DNA of 64,000 bases from Lysobacter sp. (lineage in GTDB: Bacteria > Pseudomonadota > Gammaproteobacteria > Xanthomonadales > Xanthomonadaceae). The notes beneath the pieces were generated by a model. The model had not been told where the DNA came from and did not search any database. It worked only from the letters and a program-made list of their open reading frames with translations. This document shows, in pieces, positions 20,457-30,165 of the stretch; position 1 is the first letter of the stretch, and every line of letters starts with the position of its first letter. Position numbers and translations under genes: made by a program. The stretch lies in the NCBI GenBank assembly GCA_036524915.1, contig DATDBI010000324.1:9676-73675 (forward strand). Reading direction: 5' to 3'.

Positions 20457-22135
20457 TGGCGACCCGGCGGATGCTCAAGCTGTTCTGGCCGCTGCTGCTG
20501 GCCTTGTCGGTACCAGCGGTGCAGGCGCGCGAACCGGTGCTGTTCGACTGGTTCGAATACCGTGGCCACGACGCGCCGTTCGAGCAGCCGCTGCCGGCAG
20601 GCAGCTACCGCAACCCGGTGCTGGCCGGCTTCCACCCCGATCCGGCAGTGGTGCGCGCTGGCGACCGCTACTACCTGGTCAATTCCAGCTTTGCCTACTT
20701 CCCCGGCATCCCGGTGTTCGAAAGCCGCGACCTGGTGCACTGGCAGCAGATCGGCAACGTCATCGACCGGCCGTCGCAGCTCGACTTCGACGGCCTGGGC
20801 ATGTCGCGTGGCGTGTTCGCGCCGACGATCTCGTACCACGACGGCACGTTCTACGTGCTCAACACCGCGGTCGACAGCGGCGGCAATTTCCTCGCCACTG
20901 CGACCAACCCCGCGGGCCCGTGGTCGGATCCCATCTGGCTGCCTACCATCGACGGCATCGACCCGTCGCTGTTCTTCGACCAGGACGGCAAGGCCTACCT
21001 GCTCAACAACGGCGAGCCCGACGGCAAGCCGCGCTATGACGGCCACCGCGCGATCTGGATGCAGGAGTTCGACCCGGCGCAGCGCAAGCCGGTCGGTCCG
21101 CGCAAGGTGCTGATCGATGGCGGCGTCGAGCCGTCGAAGAATCCGATCTGGATCGAAGGCCCGCACCTCTACCAGCGCGAAGGCTGGTATTACCTGGTCT
21201 GCGCCGAGGGCGGCACCGGGCCGGATCACTCGCAGGTGGTCCTTCGCAGCCGCCAGGTATGGGGGCCGTATGCGCCCTACGCGGGCAACCCGATCCTGAC
21301 CCAGCGCGACCTCGATCCCGATCGCGCGCACCCGATCACCAATGCCGGCCATGCCGATATCGTCGAAGGCCTCGATGGCAGCTGGTGGGCGATCTTCCTG
21401 GCCAGTCGCAACTACGGCGGCGTGCACTACAACACCGGCCGCGAGACGTATCTGTTGCCGGTGGCGTGGAAGGACGGTTGGCCGACAATCCTCGAACACG
21501 GTCGCGCGATTCCGCAGGTGTTGGCCGGTCCCGCCTTCATGGAGCGCGACGCGACGCAGGCGCCGATGACCGGCAACTTCACGTGGCGCGACGAGTTCGA
21601 CAAGCCTGAGCTCGACCGCGCATGGATGAAGGTGCGCGTGCCGAAGCAGTCCTGGGCTGATCTCGCGAGCAGGCGCGGGCAGCTGGCGATACGGCCGCTG
21701 GCGGAAGGGCTCGACACGCTGCGCAATCCGTCGTTCCTGGCGCGCCGCCAGCAGCACATTGCATTCGAGGCCAGCACGGCGCTGACCGTGCCGGTCTACG
21801 CCGGTGTCGAGGCGGGCATCGTTGCATTCCAGAACGAACGCTTCTGGTACTTCCTCGGCGTGCGTCGCGGCAAGGGCGGCGTGGAGCTGTTCCTGCAACG
21901 CAGCAGCGCGGGCAAGGCCAGCACCATCGCGACGACGAATATCGCCAATGCAAAGACCCTGAAGCTCAAGATCGCTGGCGACGGCGGCGCCTACTCGTTT
22001 GCATTCGATGCCGACGGCAAGGGTTGGCAGTGGCTGCGCCGCGATGACGACGGAACCATCCTCAGCACCGATGTCGCCGGCGGATTCGTCGGCGCGGTGG
22101 TGGGCCCCTATGCACGTACGGAGACGGACAAATGA
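20456..22135 (+). CDS. GH43 beta-xylosidase/arabinofuranosidase with C-terminal beta-sandwich, secreted
   Basis: NPVLAGFHPDP, FAPTI, GIDPSLF, WIEGPH and TGRETY motifs; TGATG overlap with manD. Confidence 0.9.
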   Translation: MATRRMLKLFWPLLLALSVPAVQAREPVLFDWFEYRGHDAPFEQPLPAGSYRNPVLAGFHPDPAVVRAGDRYYLVNSSFAYFPGIPVFESRDLVHWQQIGNVIDRPSQLDFDGLGMSRGVFAPTISYHDGTFYVLNTAVDSGGNFLATATNPAGPWSDPIWLPTIDGIDPSLFFDQDGKAYLLNNGEPDGKPRYDGHRAIWMQEFDPAQRKPVGPRKVLIDGGVEPSKNPIWIEGPHLYQREGWYYLVCAEGGTGPDHSQVVLRSRQVWGPYAPYAGNPILTQRDLDPDRAHPITNAGHADIVEGLDGSWWAIFLASRNYGGVHYNTGRETYLLPVAWKDGWPTILEHGRAIPQVLAGPAFMERDATQAPMTGNFTWRDEFDKPELDRAWMKVRVPKQSWADLASRRGQLAIRPLAEGLDTLRNPSFLARRQQHIAFEASTALTVPVYAGVEAGIVAFQNERFWYFLGVRRGKGGVELFLQRSSAGKASTIATTNIANAKTLKLKIAGDGGAYSFAFDADGKGWQWLRRDDDGTILSTDVAGGFVGAVVGPYARTETDK

Positions 22136-24813
22136 ACAACCAGCGTAGTCGCCCCCTGGCCAGGATGGTTGCAGTGGCACTGCTTGCCACCAGCTTGCAG
22201 GCGCTTGCTGCGCCACCGGTCACGACGTCCCCGGGCTACCTCGACCTCAACCGCAGTTTCGAGGGCCGTGCCGCCGACCTGGTCTCGCGCATGACGCTGG
22301 AGGAGAAGGCCGCGCAGATGCAGAACGGCGCGCCGGCGATCGAGCGCCTGGGCGTGCCGGCCTACGACTGGTGGAACGAAGCGCTGCACGGCGTCGCCCG
22401 CGCCGGCGCGGCAACCGTGTTCCCGCAGGCGATCGGCATGGCCGCCACGTTCGACGTCCCGCTGATGGGCGAGGTCGCCACCACCATCAGCGACGAAGCC
22501 CGCGCCAAGCACCACGAGTTCGCACGTCAGGGCCAGCACGGCCGCTACCAGGGGCTGACGTTCTGGTCGCCCAACATCAACATCTTCCGCGACCCGCGCT
22601 GGGGCCGTGGCCAGGAGACCTACGGTGAGGATCCGTACCTCACCGCGCGCATGGGCGTGGCGTTCGTGAAGGGCCTGCAGGGCGATGACCCGAAGTACCG
22701 CAAGCTCGACGCCACCGCCAAGCACTTCGCCGTGCACAGCGGGCCGGAGGCCGATCGTCACACCTTCGATGCGCGACCGAGCCAGCGCGACCTGTACGAG
22801 ACCTACCTCCCCGCGTTCGAAGCGCTGGTGAAGGAAGGCCAGGTCGATGCGGTGATGGGCGCCTACAACCGCGTCTATGGCGAGTCCGCCAGCGCCAGCA
22901 AGTTCCTGCTGCAGGACACGCTGCGCGGTCAGTGGGGATTCAAGGGTTACGTCGTGTCCGACTGCTGGGCCATCGTCGACATCTGGAAGCACCACAAGAT
23001 CGTCGCCACGCCCGAGGAAGCCGCCGCACTCGCGGTGAAGAACGGCACCCAGCTCGATTGCGGCGACACCTACACGCCGTCGCTGCCGGTAGCAGTGAAG
23101 AAGGGCCTGATCAGTGAAGCCGAGATCGACCACGCGCTGACCCTGCTGTTCACCGCGCGCATGCGCCTGGGCATGTTCGACCCGCCGGAGAAGGTGCGCT
23201 GGGCCGGCATCCCGTACTCGGTGAACCAGGCCCCAGCGCACGACGCGCTTTCGCGCAAGGTCGCGCAGGAGTCGATCGTGCTGTTGAAGAACGACGGCGT
23301 GCTGCCGCTGTCGCGTGATACCAAACGCATCGCGGTCGTCGGCCCGACCGCAGACGACACCATGGCGTTGCTCGGCAACTACTACGGCACACCGGCCGCG
23401 CCCGTGACCATCCTGCAGGGCATCCGCGAGGCCGCGCCGAACGCGCAGGTGGTGCATGCGCGCGGCGTCGACCTGGTCGAAGGCCGCGACGACCCGGCGG
23501 CGACACCGCTGATCGAACCGCAGTACCTGCGTCCGGAGAAGGGCTCGACCGAGCGCGGGCTGCGCGGCGAGTACTTCCGCAGCAAGGACCTGTCCGGCAA
23601 GGCGGCGCTGGTCCGCGTCGATTCACAGATCGGTTTCCGCTGGGACCGCGGGTCACCGACCGACAACCTGATGGCGCGCGGCGAGGCGCACGGTGGCCAG
23701 TCGGTGCCGTCGGACAACTTCAGCATCCGCTGGAGCGGCCAGCTGCTGCCGCCGGTGTCGGGCACCTACCAGCTCGAAGCCGCCGCCAACGACGGCTTCC
23801 GCCTGTACCTGGACGGCAAGCTGCTGCTTGACCATTGGGGCGCCACTGACCGTCTGCGCGCCGACAACACCAGCGTGAAGCTCGAGGCCGGCCGAACGTA
23901 CGACGTGAAGCTTGAGTACTACGACGGCGAGCGCGACGCCGGCGTGCGCCTCGCATGGCGCATGCCGGGCGCGAAGCCGCCGTTCGAGGAAGCCGTGCAG
24001 GCGGCGCGCGATTCCGATGTCGTGATCTTCGTCGGTGGTCTCACCGGCGACGTCGAAGGCGAGGAAATGACGGTCAGCTACCCCGGCTTCGCCGGTGGCG
24101 ACCGCACCGACATGCGCCTGCCAGAGACGCAGCGCAAGCTGCTCGAGGCGCTGCACGCGACCGGCAAGCCGGTCGTGATGGTGCTCACGGCCGGTTCGGC
24201 ACTGTCGGTCGATTGGGCGAAGCAGAACGTGCCGGCGATCGTGTTTGCCTGGTACCCGGGTCAGCGCGGCGGCAACGCCGTGGCGGACGTGCTGTTTGGC
24301 GATGCCAACCCCGCCGGCCGCCTGCCGGTGACGTTCTACAAGGCCGACGAGAAGCTGCCGGCGTTCGACGACTACGCAATGCAGGGGCGTACCTACCGCT
24401 ACTTCGCGGGCGAGCCGCTGTATCCGTTTGGGCATGGCCTGTCGTACACGACGTTTGCCTACTCCGACCTGCAACTCGACCGTGCCAAGGCGGGCCCGCA
24501 GCAGCCGGTGACGGCGACGGTGAAGGTGCGCAACAGCGGCAAGCGCGCCGGTGACGAGGTCGTGCAGCTGTATCTGCGCGCACTCGATTCGAAGCAGGCA
24601 CGTGCGCAGAAGGAACTGCGGGGCTTCCAGCGCGTGACGCTGCAGCCCGGTGAAGAGCGGGCCGTGTCGTTCACGATCCGGCCGTCGTCCGACCTGCGCT
24701 ACTACGACGAGAAGGCGAAGGCGTACGCAGTCGATCCGGGCACGTATGAGGTCCAGGTCGGTGCATCAAGCGCGGATATCCGGGCAACTGGCGAGCTGCG
24801 CGTCACGAAGTAG
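22132..24813 (+). CDS. GH3 beta-xylosidase/beta-glucosidase with PA14 and Fn3-like domains, secreted
   Basis: WWNEALHG, WSPNINIFRDPRWGRGQETYGEDP, KHF and VVSDC motifs; PA14 insertion. Confidence 0.93.
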   Translation: MNNQRSRPLARMVAVALLATSLQALAAPPVTTSPGYLDLNRSFEGRAADLVSRMTLEEKAAQMQNGAPAIERLGVPAYDWWNEALHGVARAGAATVFPQAIGMAATFDVPLMGEVATTISDEARAKHHEFARQGQHGRYQGLTFWSPNINIFRDPRWGRGQETYGEDPYLTARMGVAFVKGLQGDDPKYRKLDATAKHFAVHSGPEADRHTFDARPSQRDLYETYLPAFEALVKEGQVDAVMGAYNRVYGESASASKFLLQDTLRGQWGFKGYVVSDCWAIVDIWKHHKIVATPEEAAALAVKNGTQLDCGDTYTPSLPVAVKKGLISEAEIDHALTLLFTARMRLGMFDPPEKVRWAGIPYSVNQAPAHDALSRKVAQESIVLLKNDGVLPLSRDTKRIAVVGPTADDTMALLGNYYGTPAAPVTILQGIREAAPNAQVVHARGVDLVEGRDDPAATPLIEPQYLRPEKGSTERGLRGEYFRSKDLSGKAALVRVDSQIGFRWDRGSPTDNLMARGEAHGGQSVPSDNFSIRWSGQLLPPVSGTYQLEAAANDGFRLYLDGKLLLDHWGATDRLRADNTSVKLEAGRTYDVKLEYYDGERDAGVRLAWRMPGAKPPFEEAVQAARDSDVVIFVGGLTGDVEGEEMTVSYPGFAGGDRTDMRLPETQRKLLEALHATGKPVVMVLTAGSALSVDWAKQNVPAIVFAWYPGQRGGNAVADVLFGDANPAGRLPVTFYKADEKLPAFDDYAMQGRTYRYFAGEPLYPFGHGLSYTTFAYSDLQLDRAKAGPQQPVTATVKVRNSGKRAGDEVVQLYLRALDSKQARAQKELRGFQRVTLQPGEERAVSFTIRPSSDLRYYDEKAKAYAVDPGTYEVQVGASSADIRATGELRVTK

Positions 24814-24821
24814 GAGTCGCT

Positions 24822-24849
24822 CGCCATCCCCGCATTGGCGGGGGTGGCG
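24822..24849 (+). terminator. intercistronic stem-loop between GH3 and uxuB
   Basis: CGCCATCCCCGC-attg-GCGGGGGTGGCG. Confidence 0.5.
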
Positions 24850-24876
24850 GGTCGGGTGTTCATTGAAGGAGAACCG

Positions 24877-26334
24877 ATGCAAGACCGTTTGAACCAGTCC
24901 GCGATCGCCTCGCTGCCGGCCGAAGTCGTCCGCCCTGCGTGCGACCGCGCCGGCACGCGCATCGGCATCGTCCATATCGGTGTCGGCGCGTTCCATCGCG
25001 CCCACCAGGCCGTGTACCTGGACGACGTGCTGGCGAAAGAGCCGGACTGGGCGATCTGCGGGGTCAGCCTCAACAGCCGCGACGTCCGCGACGCGCTGCA
25101 ACCGCAGGACGGTTTGTACGCATTGGCGCTGCTGGGCGAGAAGCCATCGCTGCGGGTCATCGGTTCGATCCGCGAGCTGCTGTTTGCCCGCGAGCAGCGC
25201 GACCAGGTGCTCGCGCGCCTGGCCGATCCGCTGGTGCGCATCGTCACCCTGACCATTACCGAGAAGGGGTACTGCCTGTCGGGCGCCGAGCTCGACTTGG
25301 GCCATCCGGAGATCGTCCACGACCTGGCCAATCCGGACGCCCCCACGGGAGCGATCGGGTACATCGTCGCCGGCCTGGCCGCGCGGCGAAAGCGCCGCCT
25401 GCCACCGTTCACCGTGCTGAGCTGCGACAACCTGCCCGAGAACGGACGCAAGCTCGGCCGCGCGGTGGTGCAGTTCGCGCGGCAGATCGATGCCGATCTG
25501 GCGCGCTGGATCGAAGCGGAGGTCGCGTTTCCGTGCTCGATGGTCGACAGCATCACCCCCGCGACCGACGATGCGCTGCGCGCGCGCGTCGCGGACCAGC
25601 TCGGCTGCACCGATGCCTGGCCGGTGCAGCGCGAGGCATACACGCAGTGGGTCGTGGAAGACAGCTTCTGCAATGGCCGGCCCGATTTCGAGCGCGTGGG
25701 CGTGACCCTGAGCGGCGAGATCGCCGGCTACGACAAGGCCAAGCTGCGCCTGCTCAACGCGCCGCACTCGGCGCTGGCGTACCTGGGTGCACTGATGGAG
25801 ATCGATACCGTCGCGCAGGCCATGGCCACGCCGGTCCTGGCCGGCTTCGTCGAGCGCCTGATGCACGACGGCATCGTGCCGAACGTCAAGGCGCCAGCCG
25901 GTTTCAACGCCGGTGGGTATGTCGAGGCGATTCTGTCCCGCTTCCGCAATCCCGCGATCCAGCATCGCCTGCTGCAGATCGCGTGGGATGGATCGCAGAA
26001 GCTGCCGGTGCGACTGCTCGGCACGATCAGCGATGCGCTGGCGGCTGGCCACCCGATCGACCTGCTGAGCCTCCCGGTAGCGGCATGGATGCAGTTCGTG
26101 CGGCGGCAGGCGCGCAACGGCGTGGCGCTGGTCGACCCGATGGCGGATGTGCTTGCCGACATCGGCCGTGCAAGCACTGGCAATGCAGAGGCTGACGTCG
26201 CCCGGTTCCTGGCGCTGGATGCCGTATTCGCGCCGCTGTCGGGTGACGAGCGATTCGTGGATGCGGTTCGCGAAGCGTATGCGCGCCTGGGTGACGGCAC
26301 GCCGACCGCCGTGTGGCGCGCGCTGGGCGCCTGA
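24877..26334 (+). CDS. uxuB: fructuronate reductase / D-mannonate oxidoreductase (mannitol dehydrogenase family)
   Basis: HIGVGAFHRAHQA, TITEKGY, LSCDN, KLRLLN and IAWDGSQKLP motifs; AAGGAG RBS. Confidence 0.88.
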   Translation: MQDRLNQSAIASLPAEVVRPACDRAGTRIGIVHIGVGAFHRAHQAVYLDDVLAKEPDWAICGVSLNSRDVRDALQPQDGLYALALLGEKPSLRVIGSIRELLFAREQRDQVLARLADPLVRIVTLTITEKGYCLSGAELDLGHPEIVHDLANPDAPTGAIGYIVAGLAARRKRRLPPFTVLSCDNLPENGRKLGRAVVQFARQIDADLARWIEAEVAFPCSMVDSITPATDDALRARVADQLGCTDAWPVQREAYTQWVVEDSFCNGRPDFERVGVTLSGEIAGYDKAKLRLLNAPHSALAYLGALMEIDTVAQAMATPVLAGFVERLMHDGIVPNVKAPAGFNAGGYVEAILSRFRNPAIQHRLLQIAWDGSQKLPVRLLGTISDALAAGHPIDLLSLPVAAWMQFVRRQARNGVALVDPMADVLADIGRASTGNAEADVARFLALDAVFAPLSGDERFVDAVREAYARLGDGTPTAVWRALGA

Positions 26335-26346
26335 AGCCCCAGACGA

Positions 26347-26372
26347 ATGCAGGAGCGAGCTCGCTCCTGCAT
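26347..26372. repeat. perfect 26-bp palindrome between convergent operons (REP-like / bidirectional terminator)
   Basis: ATGCAGGAGCGAGCTCGCTCCTGCAT is its own reverse complement. Confidence 0.8.
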
Positions 26373-26377
26373 CGGAG

Positions 26378-27445
26378 TTACGGCTGGAAACCCAGGCCGG
26401 TCGCCTTCACGCGCACGCGTGCCACGGCCGTGTGTGAGGTCAGGTACAGCGTGTGGCCGTCATCGCCGAACGCGCAGTTGGACACGCGCGCCCCGGTCTC
26501 GATGCGGCCCAGCCGCTTGCCGTTGGCGTCCATGACCAGCAGACCGCCGGGTGCGGAAGCGAACAGGTGACCGTCGTCGGACATGCACAGGCCGTCGGGG
26601 GCACCAGAGGCGCCGGCGGCGATCAGGTCCGATGCGTCGGCCAGGACGCGCCGGTCGAGCACGTTGCCGCGATCGTCCAGCCGGTACGCCATCCACACCG
26701 GCCGCTTCTCGTCGGAATTGGCCACGTAGAGCGTGCGCTGGTCCGGAGAGAGCGCCACGCCGTTGGGGAAGCGCAGCTCCCCCTCGATCATGTGCACCGA
26801 GCCGTCGGGGTCAAGGCGATAGACGCCGTTGACGGGCTGCTCTTTCAGCGGTGATTCGTCGATGCCTTTCAGGCCATACGGCGGATCGGTGAAGTACACC
26901 GACCCATTGCCGTGGCGGATCACATCGTTGGGGCTGTTGAGGCGCTTGCCGGCGTAGGTCGCGGCAAGCGTGGTCTTGCGCTTCGTCGCCGGGTCGAGGC
27001 GGGCGATCAGACGCGAACCCGAATCGGCGATCAGCACCGTGCCCTGTGGTTCGGCGTCGAGACCGTTTGCGCCGGCTTCGCGCAGTCCTTCCACGTCCGT
27101 GCCGCCGTAACCGGATGGCTTGAGGAACACCGACTTCCCTTCGTTCGCTGACCAGCGGTACATCGTGTTGCCGGGCACGTCGTTGAACAGCAGGTAATTG
27201 CCGTCGCGCATCCACAGCGGGCCTTCGGACCACGCCAGGCCGTCCGCGATCCGCTCGATGCGTGCGTCGGGGGCGATGAGGGTCCCGAGCGCTTCGTCGT
27301 ACACCGTGATATGCCCGATCGTCGGGTACGACGGGGTGGTCGCCGGCTCGGCGTGATGCTCCGCGGGCGCGCACGCGGTCGCCGCGGCCAGCGCCGTGAC
27401 CGCCAGGGCAATGCGCAGTGCCTGATTCGTCGGCGCGCGCATCAT
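26378..27445 (-). CDS. SMP-30/gluconolactonase family lactonase, probable lipoprotein
   Basis: WSEGPLW, LNSPND, YFTDPPYGL, FPNGVALSPD and PDG motifs; lipobox-like ATAC; ATGA overlap with the GH2 stop. Confidence 0.88.
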   Translation of the reverse strand: MMRAPTNQALRIALAVTALAAATACAPAEHHAEPATTPSYPTIGHITVYDEALGTLIAPDARIERIADGLAWSEGPLWMRDGNYLLFNDVPGNTMYRWSANEGKSVFLKPSGYGGTDVEGLREAGANGLDAEPQGTVLIADSGSRLIARLDPATKRKTTLAATYAGKRLNSPNDVIRHGNGSVYFTDPPYGLKGIDESPLKEQPVNGVYRLDPDGSVHMIEGELRFPNGVALSPDQRTLYVANSDEKRPVWMAYRLDDRGNVLDRRVLADASDLIAAGASGAPDGLCMSDDGHLFASAPGGLLVMDANGKRLGRIETGARVSNCAFGDDGHTLYLTSHTAVARVRVKATGLGFQP

Positions 27446-30165
27446 TGCACCCGCACCACGGCTTCGGCGCCTTGCAGCTGCGCCGATTGCGCGCGCACGG
27501 TGACGGTGCCGGTCTGGCCCGGCATTGCGCGCACGATGACCAGTGCCAGTCCGTTGAACGCATGTCGCTCGTGCGACGGGAACGCAGTCATGTCGGTCGG
27601 GTCTCCGTTGTCGGTGGCGACGATCTGGGCAGGACCGTCCACGCTGAAGGCGATACGCGAGGCAGCATAGGGCACCGGACGCCCGTCGTGGTCGAGCACG
27701 CGCACGGTCACGAACGACAGGTCGATGCCGTCGCAGTGGATCTCGCGGCGGTCGGGCTGCAGCTCGAGCTTCGCTGCCGCGCCCGCCGTTCGCGTGCTCG
27801 CCTGCGCCCATGGCTTGCCGTTCTTGTACGCCTGCACCCGCAACTCGCCGGGCTGGTAGACGACGTCGTCCCAGCGCAGCCGGTACTCGTAAGGGCCTTT
27901 CTTCCGGCGCCCCTGCGACTTGCCGTTGACGAACAACTCGGCCTCGTCGCCGGAGGTGAACACATGCACCGGCGTGACCTGGCCCTCGCGCCCCGGCCAG
28001 GTCCAGTGCGGCAGCAGGTGCACCATCGGCAGGTCGGGCCGCCAGCGTGACTGGTACAGGTAGAAGCGATCCTTGGGGAACCCGGCAAGGTCGACGATGC
28101 CGGAGTACGAGCTGCGCGAGTCGTAGTAGGGCGTGGGTTCGCCGAGGTAATCGAAGCCGGTCCAGACGAACTCCCCGGCGACGTAGGGATGGCGGTCGAG
28201 CGAGGCGAACACCTTGTCGGCGCTGGAGCCGAAATCCACCGCATGCAGCTCGTACGCGCTGACCTGGCGGATCGTCGAATCGCCACCGCGGCCGTCGCGA
28301 ACCGGCGCACTGGTCTCCTTCGTCACCGGGAACAGGAACACACCACGGCTGCTGAGCGCCGATGCGGTCTCGGTGCTGACGATCGCCTTGTCCGGAAACC
28401 TGGCATGGAACCCCGGGTACTGCGGCTTCGTGCGGATGCGCTCGGTGCCTTCGAACTCCGGCGTGTCGCGGATGCCTTCGCCCTGGTAGTTCAGGCCGAT
28501 CACGTCGAACACCGCCGACAACGGCATGTCCGGCTTGGCCCAGTTCATCGCGTTGGTGGTCGGCCGGGTCGGGTCTTCCTCGCGGACGATGGCGTGCAGG
28601 CGAGTTGCGATCGCCGCGCCTGCCTCGCCGGTGTACTGCTCGCCGACTTCGTTGCCGACGCTCCAGGCGATGATCGAGGGATGGTTGCGGTCGCGGCGCA
28701 ACATCGAGCGCAGGTCGGGCTCCTGCCAGTCCTTGAAGATCAGGTGGAAGTCGAGCGGCGTCTTCTTGCGCTCCCACGAGTCGAAGATCTCGTCGACCAC
28801 GAGCAAGCCCATGCGGTCGGTGAGCTCCAGCAGCTCCGGTGCCGGCGGGTTGTGGCTCATGCGCACCGCATTGGCACCCATGTCGCGCAGGATTTCGAGC
28901 TGGCGTTCTGCCGCGCGGACGTTGAAGGCCGCACCCAGCGCACCGAGGTCGTGGTGGTTGTTGACGCCGCGGATGACGATGCGCTCGCCGTTGACGAGCA
29001 GGCCCTGGGTGGCGTCGAAGCGCACCGAGCGGATGCCGAATGGCGTTTCATGGCGATCGACCACGCGACCGCCGCGCGACACCGTGGTGACGGCGACATA
29101 GCGGTTGGGTTGCTGGGACGGCGGCGGGCCCCACAGCCGCGGGCGGCCGAGGGTGGTGGTGCCGTCCACGCGGGCGCCCGCATGCGCCGCGATCCGCGCA
29201 CGTGCCGTGTCGATGCGGGCGACCACGCCGCCGGTCCTGCGCCCCTCGGCGTCGAGCGCGAGGATCTCGGTGGCGACATCAACATCCGCGTCGCGGCCCG
29301 AGTCGTTGTCGAGCGTCAGGGCCAGGCGGATGGTCGCCATCTCGGCGGACACCTGCGGGGTCGTCAGCTGTGTTCCCCAGTGCGCCACATGCACCGGATC
29401 GACCTTGGTCAGCCAGACGTTGCGATAGAGACCGCCGCCCGGGTACCAGCGTGCAGAATCGGGCGGGTTGTCCAGGCGGATCGCCAGCTGGTTGTCGCCG
29501 CCGGGCGTCAGGTACGGCGTGAGGTCGACGCGCCAGGAGTTGTATCCGTACGGCCAGCCACCCACGAGGCGGCCGTTGAGCCAGACAGTGGCGTATGACA
29601 TCGCCCCGTCGATATCGAGGAAGACCGAGCGGCCACGGTCGCTGGCCGGGATGTCGAGCTTGCGGCGGTACCAGCCGATGCCCCAGCTCGGCAGTCGGCC
29701 CATGCCGCCATAAGGGCCTTCGCGCAGGAACGGTCCGGCGATGGCCCAGTCGTGCGGCAGCGTCACGCGTTGCCAGCCACCGTCATCGAAATCCTTGCGC
29801 ACAAACGCGACATCACCGCCAGGATCGCCAGCAGGGCGCACGTGGCGCCGCGTCGTGTCGCCGATGAAGGCATTGCCGCTGGGCAGGATCCACGGCTTGA
29901 GCACGCCATCGGCGCGCGCCGCGAGCTGTTCGGCCTCCTCGGGGCGGGCGTCGGCGGCCTTTCCGTCCTGGTTGTCCGTCACCTTCGGCCGCACGTCGTA
30001 ATCCAGCCGGGTCGACAGACCCGTCGGATCGCCCTGGTGGAAACGCCAGCCGCTGTTGATCGAAACGCGTTCGCGTGGCGATGCCTCGTCTGCCATCACG
30101 GGTGCAGATAGCACCAGCAGCGCCAGCAGGGGCGCTGCCGAGCAGCGGAGCAGGCGCCCAAGCAT
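27442..30165 (-). CDS. GH2 glycoside hydrolase (beta-galactosidase-like), secreted
   Basis: LPHDW, RWYPGGGLYR, HHDLGALG, RMSHNPP, RNHPSII.WS.GNE and WTGFDYLGEPTP motifs. Confidence 0.9.
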   Translation of the reverse strand: MLGRLLRCSAAPLLALLVLSAPVMADEASPRERVSINSGWRFHQGDPTGLSTRLDYDVRPKVTDNQDGKAADARPEEAEQLAARADGVLKPWILPSGNAFIGDTTRRHVRPAGDPGGDVAFVRKDFDDGGWQRVTLPHDWAIAGPFLREGPYGGMGRLPSWGIGWYRRKLDIPASDRGRSVFLDIDGAMSYATVWLNGRLVGGWPYGYNSWRVDLTPYLTPGGDNQLAIRLDNPPDSARWYPGGGLYRNVWLTKVDPVHVAHWGTQLTTPQVSAEMATIRLALTLDNDSGRDADVDVATEILALDAEGRRTGGVVARIDTARARIAAHAGARVDGTTTLGRPRLWGPPPSQQPNRYVAVTTVSRGGRVVDRHETPFGIRSVRFDATQGLLVNGERIVIRGVNNHHDLGALGAAFNVRAAERQLEILRDMGANAVRMSHNPPAPELLELTDRMGLLVVDEIFDSWERKKTPLDFHLIFKDWQEPDLRSMLRRDRNHPSIIAWSVGNEVGEQYTGEAGAAIATRLHAIVREEDPTRPTTNAMNWAKPDMPLSAVFDVIGLNYQGEGIRDTPEFEGTERIRTKPQYPGFHARFPDKAIVSTETASALSSRGVFLFPVTKETSAPVRDGRGGDSTIRQVSAYELHAVDFGSSADKVFASLDRHPYVAGEFVWTGFDYLGEPTPYYDSRSSYSGIVDLAGFPKDRFYLYQSRWRPDLPMVHLLPHWTWPGREGQVTPVHVFTSGDEAELFVNGKSQGRRKKGPYEYRLRWDDVVYQPGELRVQAYKNGKPWAQASTRTAGAAAKLELQPDRREIHCDGIDLSFVTVRVLDHDGRPVPYAASRIAFSVDGPAQIVATDNGDPTDMTAFPSHERHAFNGLALVIVRAMPGQTGTVTVRAQSAQLQGAEAVVRVQ

